The translations under genes were made by a program, and so were the position numbers. Positions 16,172 through 20,047 of a stretch of DNA of 20,047 nt are shown in pieces. Position 1 is the first letter of the stretch, and every line of letters begins with the position of its first letter. The notes under the pieces were generated by a model, which saw only the letters and a program-made list of their open reading frames with translations, was not told the DNA's origin and made no database searches. The DNA is from an uncultured Pseudomonadota bacterium (GTDB lineage: Bacteria; UBA10199; JADFYH01): contig CAZKUY010000002.1 of assembly GCA_964556135.1 (NCBI GenBank), positions 1-20,047 on the forward strand. The letters run 5' to 3'.

Positions 16172-17014
16172 ATGGCTAGAAAACGCAGAAAAAAAGTTCT
16201 TGAATCGGGAAGTGATTTTCTCAAAGTTTCCCTTGGAATTGGGATCGTTGCCCTTTTTGCTTTTTATATAAAAGAGAATCTTTCCAAAAAAGCGCCGCCT
16301 CCTCCCATTGTTCAGGAAAAAGTCGTTAAAACTGAAAGCAAAAAAGCCGAATCTCAAGCCCAAGAAAAAAGAGTTCAAAAATCAAAAGCCCTTTCTGGAC
16401 TTTTACCCGCTGAAGCGTGGCAAGATGATTACCTCGTCTTGAAAGCCCCTCTAGGAAAACCCGATTCTGAACTTTATTTAATCGCGATGGGCGTTGTAGC
16501 TGAAGGTAAAACTCCAGATAAAATTAAAGACCCTGGCAAGCTCCGTCCTCGCCTAGTTGTGGCCAAGAAAGAAGCCGAGGATTTTGTTGAAATCACACGT
16601 TTCGACTTTGAAACTTCCGGCACGAGCGTTGGCGGTCTTCAATCCAAAAATTTAAAAGGCATTCCTCGTATTAAATCTGCAGACATCATTGACTTAGACG
16701 GTGATGGAATGCCAGAAATTCGTGTCACCTTTGACACAGCGACCGATCTTGCTGAAGCCATTGGCTTTTTGCGTTGGAATGGTAGTGAACTGAGCTGGCT
16801 CAAAACAAAAGATAAAAGTGGGGAAGTAAAAGTAGCGCTTTGGATCACCGGAGCTTCTCCGAGCGACTCCCAACAAATCGATCTTAAAAAAGAAGGAAAT
16901 GCCTACGAGATCATTCAAAAATATGGTCAAGCTGATCCTCAACATCCTGAAAAGGGATTCGAATGGAAAACAACTGTTTGGAAAATTAAAAACGGGGTTT
17001 TACAAGTTCTATAA
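16172..17014 (+). CDS. Membrane-anchored hypothetical protein with a basic cytoplasmic N-terminus, one TM helix, a Pro/Lys-rich linker and a roughly 200 aa extracytoplasmic domain carrying a DxDxDG loop
   Basis: MARKRRKK…FLKVSLGIGIVALFAFYI (TM) …KKAPPPPIVQEK… and later …DIIDLDGDGMPEIRV, which resembles a Ca-binding loop. No family recognised. It ends 3 nt before the ABC ATPase start. Confidence 0.6.
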   Translation: MARKRRKKVLESGSDFLKVSLGIGIVALFAFYIKENLSKKAPPPPIVQEKVVKTESKKAESQAQEKRVQKSKALSGLLPAEAWQDDYLVLKAPLGKPDSELYLIAMGVVAEGKTPDKIKDPGKLRPRLVVAKKEAEDFVEITRFDFETSGTSVGGLQSKNLKGIPRIKSADIIDLDGDGMPEIRVTFDTATDLAEAIGFLRWNGSELSWLKTKDKSGEVKVALWITGASPSDSQQIDLKKEGNAYEIIQKYGQADPQHPEKGFEWKTTVWKIKNGVLQVL

Positions 17015-17017
17015 CCA

Positions 17018-17791
17018 ATGCATGCTCTTGAAATACAATCCGTACAAAAATCCTATGGCAGTCTCGTTGCTCTTCACGGCATTGATTTAAATATCGAAGC
17101 CGGAGAGTTCTTTGGTTTATTAGGGCCTAACGGCGCAGGCAAAACGACGCTCATTGGATCAATTATGGGTCTGGTTCGACCCGATTCTGGAAATATCCAA
17201 GTCTTTAATCATGCCGTTTGGCCCAATGGATTAAAAGCTCGAAGCTTTCTCGGTTTTTCCCCACAAGAAATGAATGTAGATCGTTTTTTCAATGTTCGCC
17301 GAACCCTTGAATTTCAAGCCGGCTTTTATGGTTTTGATAAAAAAACCGCCAAAGATCGCGCCGAAGAAATGCTCGAGCAATTTAATCTGGCTGATAAGGC
17401 GAATGTTCAGTTCTACAAGCTTTCGGGAGGCATGCAACGCCGACTCCTCATCGCCCGCGCCATGATGAGTAAACCTAAGATTTTAATTTTGGACGAGCCA
17501 TCCGCAGGCATTGATGTGGGACAACGCCATGAGCTGTGGCATTATTTGCGCAAGCTTAATCAAGGCGACACGACTATCATCCTCACCACTCATTACATCG
17601 ATGAAGCCGAAGCACTTTGCGAACGAGTCGCAGTCATTCTACAAGGCAAAATTGTGGAGACTGGAAATCCGCGAGATTTGATGAAAAAACACTCCAAAAA
17701 TACTTTAGAGGACGTGTTCATCCATATCACGGGTTCTAAAATTTTTGAAATTGAGCAAAAGGCAGAAGAAGGAAGCCCGCATGCTGAGTAA
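17018..17791 (+). CDS. ABC transporter ATP-binding protein (ABC-2 exporter type)
   Basis: Walker A GLLGPNGAGKTT. Signature LSGGMQRRLLIARAM. Walker B ILILDEPSAGID. H-loop TTHYIDE. Confidence 0.9.
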   Translation: MHALEIQSVQKSYGSLVALHGIDLNIEAGEFFGLLGPNGAGKTTLIGSIMGLVRPDSGNIQVFNHAVWPNGLKARSFLGFSPQEMNVDRFFNVRRTLEFQAGFYGFDKKTAKDRAEEMLEQFNLADKANVQFYKLSGGMQRRLLIARAMMSKPKILILDEPSAGIDVGQRHELWHYLRKLNQGDTTIILTTHYIDEAEALCERVAVILQGKIVETGNPRDLMKKHSKNTLEDVFIHITGSKIFEIEQKAEEGSPHAE

Positions 17792-18548
17792 AAATCGAGG
17801 CTTCTATACTTTAATTGAACGAGAGTGCTACCGCTTTGCGCGACTTTCAAAACAAACTATTTTTCCGCCGATTATCACTACCTTACTCTTCATTTTCATT
17901 TTTGGATTTTCTTTGGGTTCTCGCATTCACGAAGTTCATGGCTTCAGTTATATCATCTACATACTCCCCGGGCTTGCGGCCATGGGCGTGGTCACCAACT
18001 CTTATGCCAATACTTCCACATCGCTTTTCATGGCGAAAATGGATCGTTCTATTGAAAACATTTTAGCGTCCCCGATTTCACACTATCAAGTCGCTTCAGC
18101 CATGATGATTGGAGGGCTCATTCGAGGCATCACGATTGGCAGCGTCACTCTTTTAATTTCGATGCTCAGTGTTCACATGCCCATGGCGCATCCTTTTTGG
18201 ACCCTTGTGATCATGGTTTTAAGCTCCATCCTTTTTTCCTCACTAGGATTGATTTCTGGCCTCTGGAGTGAATCTTGGGATCAAATTGCCACCTTTACTA
18301 ATTTTGTGATCACGCCTTTTGTTTATTTGGGAGGGGTGTTTTATTCCATTCATATGCTTCCCCCTTTTTGGCAAAAAGTAAGCTTAGTGAACCCCATTTT
18401 CTATTTAGTCGATGCTTTGAGGTGGTGTGTTTTAGGAAAAGGAGACATTCCCTTTTATATCTCTCTGCTTTTCATTATCGTCTTCACCTCGCTAAGCTAT
18501 GGAATTTCCATCACTTTATTTAAACGAGGCTATAAACTCATTCACTAA
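17781..18548 (+). CDS. ABC-2 family transporter permease (6 TM helices)
   Basis: N-terminus MLSKNRGFYTLIERECYRFARLSKQTIFPPIITTLLFIFIFGF is typical of ABC-2 permeases. There is a GGAAG SD. It overlaps the ATPase gene by 11 nt. TTG 17745 is an alternative start. Confidence 0.8.
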   Translation: MLSKNRGFYTLIERECYRFARLSKQTIFPPIITTLLFIFIFGFSLGSRIHEVHGFSYIIYILPGLAAMGVVTNSYANTSTSLFMAKMDRSIENILASPISHYQVASAMMIGGLIRGITIGSVTLLISMLSVHMPMAHPFWTLVIMVLSSILFSSLGLISGLWSESWDQIATFTNFVITPFVYLGGVFYSIHMLPPFWQKVSLVNPIFYLVDALRWCVLGKGDIPFYISLLFIIVFTSLSYGISITLFKRGYKLIH

Positions 18549-18646
18549 ACTTAACAAAAATAGACAGCTTAAACCCCTAAAATACTTAGAATTTATGCTC
18601 TTGCGCCACAACTTCACTTTGATTAGAACCGATACTATTAATAGTT

Positions 18647-19348
18647 ATGATACCTCGTGTTGAAACAGGCTTAGGTAAGTTAAATACGTGGATGCGCACC
18701 GCAAATCCGATTGGCAGCACTGCGCCTCAGCCTGAAGTCGCGAAAAAATCCATCGGTGAAGTCCCTCCCCAAATCGTCGATGCAGCCAATTATCCTCAAT
18801 TATCGGCCATGCTTGCTCAATATGGAATTATTAGTGTTTTACGCCGTAAGCTTCTGACGCTTTCCGGCCAAGACGGCAAAATCGTTTTAGCTAAAAATAC
18901 CGTAGGGGCTGCCGACAACAAGGGCTTGGTTTATCTGGGTGTTGAGTTTCTGCAAGAGAACATGCAAGACCCTGCCTTTTCTGCGATTCTCGCGGGGGTT
19001 ATGGCCCATGAATGGGGTCATTTGAAGTCTTCTCTTAAAAAATACGGTAATTTAGACAAAATGACTTGGGATGAAATTTTCGAGATCCGCCGTGACGAAG
19101 AAGCTTATGCCGACTCTTTTTGCGGAAGAAACCTTCCTTTAATGGGTTATTCGGTAGATCCTTTGATTCAGTTTTTGATGAAAGACAAAGATCGTCTGGG
19201 ATCTCACAAATATTACAATCCCGAAATTCGCGCGGAAATTTTACGTCGAGCAGCTCTCGCCTCCCAAGATCGCCAAAACTTTTCACAACGCCTCTTTAAA
19301 AACGGCGTCTACGCAAATCCCTACACCTCTATTTTATTGGTTGCTTAA
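18647..19348 (+). CDS. Putative zinc metallopeptidase with an HExxH motif (M48-like HExxH…ExxAD arrangement), otherwise uncharacterised
   Basis: AGVMAHEWGHLKSS is followed 27 residues later by RRDEEAYADSF. There is no signal peptide and no obvious SD. Internal ATG 18692 is an alternative start. Confidence 0.55.
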   Translation: MIPRVETGLGKLNTWMRTANPIGSTAPQPEVAKKSIGEVPPQIVDAANYPQLSAMLAQYGIISVLRRKLLTLSGQDGKIVLAKNTVGAADNKGLVYLGVEFLQENMQDPAFSAILAGVMAHEWGHLKSSLKKYGNLDKMTWDEIFEIRRDEEAYADSFCGRNLPLMGYSVDPLIQFLMKDKDRLGSHKYYNPEIRAEILRRAALASQDRQNFSQRLFKNGVYANPYTSILLVA

Positions 19349-19463
19349 TACTTCCTTTCTATCTTTCACTTCCTCCCGCTAGACCCATAATTCTATTGCC
19401 AAACTCTTTGCCCCCATGATATCCGCGCGAAGCGTTTTCACTTATATTTTTCTTTTATAACTT

Positions 19464-20047
19464 ATGAAAAAAATAAACTTTTTGTCTTTATCGGCATTTC
19501 TTTTTCTTCCCTTAATTTTCACAGGCTGTGGAATCAAGAAAGCGGCTGTGAGCGCAACCGCTCAAATCATGACCACAGGAACTCCTGCCATTGAAGAGGA
19601 AGAAGATATTGCTTACGCTAATCAAGCCTCCCTCACCTCTCTCAAAACATTAGAGGCCATGCAAAGAAGCAATCCTGAAGATTCGACGACCTTGCTTCTT
19701 CTCGCAAAATCTTTTGCAGCTTATACTTTCGGCTTTGTAGAGAATGATATTTTAGAAGCGAAAGGTAACAACGAAGCCTTTGAAAAAATGGCGACCGAGC
19801 GGGCAAAGCGTTTTTACGGACGCGGTAAAAAATTCGGCATTTTGCTTCTTTCTAAAAATGGGGAATTTAAAAAGACTGTAAACGGACCGCTAGATAATTT
19901 TAAGTCCGCACTCAATCGATTCAGCAAAAAAGATGTACCAGCGCTTTTCTGGACGGCCTTCAACTGGGGTAATCTCATTAATTTTTCTAAAGATGCGCCT
20001 GAAGCAATCATTGAGCTTCCTAAAGTAGAAGCGCTCATGAGACGCAT
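19464..20047 (+). CDS. Lipoprotein, 3'-partial; resembles the TatT family (TRAP-transporter-associated TPR-like lipoprotein)
   Basis: I translated this by hand. The frame is open to the window end, so the track does not list it. MKKINFLSLSAFLFLPLIFTGCG carries the lipobox FTGC. Then …LLLLAKSFAAYTFGFVENDILEA… which I recall as TatT-like. Confidence 0.55.
   Translation, partial: MKKINFLSLSAFLFLPLIFTGCGIKKAAVSATAQIMTTGTPAIEEEEDIAYANQASLTSLKTLEAMQRSNPEDSTTLLLLAKSFAAYTFGFVENDILEAKGNNEAFEKMATERAKRFYGRGKKFGILLLSKNGEFKKTVNGPLDNFKSALNRFSKKDVPALFWTAFNWGNLINFSKDAPEAIIELPKVEALMRR

Noticed and set aside
1-20047. Search for CRISPR repeats, IS/transposase or integrase genes, rRNA/tRNA genes and long direct or inverted repeats
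   Set aside because: No periodic repeat arrays, recombinase motifs or rRNA/tRNA signatures were seen. The window looks like core chromosome rather than an accessory island.

Overview
This 20 kb window looks like a compact, mostly housekeeping chromosomal segment from a Gram-negative bacterium with moderate-to-low GC, roughly low-to-mid 40s percent by eye. Almost every gene is on the + strand. I found no transposases, integrases, CRISPR arrays, rRNA or tRNA genes.

Gene order, from the left:
- A 5'-truncated large hypothetical protein with an acidic Gly/Gln/Ser-rich tail.
- A thioredoxin-like [2Fe-2S] ferredoxin followed by nfuA (Fe-S cluster carrier).
- A secreted Lys-rich hypothetical protein, followed by a clear rho-independent terminator.
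- A tight block thyA, folA, an SPFH/stomatin-like membrane protein and a signal-peptide-bearing VanX-like D-Ala-D-Ala dipeptidase.
- A class I glutamine amidotransferase-like gene on the minus strand. It abuts its neighbours with zero intergenic bases on both sides.
- mutY and thiI, overlapping by ATGA.
- A GC-rich intergenic block carrying a small Pro/Ala/Gly-rich ORF.
- ygfZ translationally coupled to the three-gene squalene synthesis cassette hpnC, hpnD, hpnE.
- A small ORF coupled to a HAD-IB hydrolase, then a GDSL/SGNH hydrolase.
- A strongly structured leader RNA in front of a CopD/HemJ-like membrane protein gene, then a strong terminator.
- A membrane-anchored hypothetical protein coupled to an ABC-2 exporter (ATPase plus permease).
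- An orphan HExxH metallopeptidase-like protein.
- A 3'-truncated lipoprotein resembling TatT.

The items most worth a second look:
- the ygfZ-hpnCDE squalene cassette;
- the nested-palindrome leader RNA at about 15393..15462;
- the uncharacterised membrane protein coupled to the ABC-2 exporter;
- the orphan HExxH protein;
- the extreme head-to-head and tail-to-tail gene packing around 6271..6981.

Every protein family call comes from reading the translated motifs by eye. I ran no database search.
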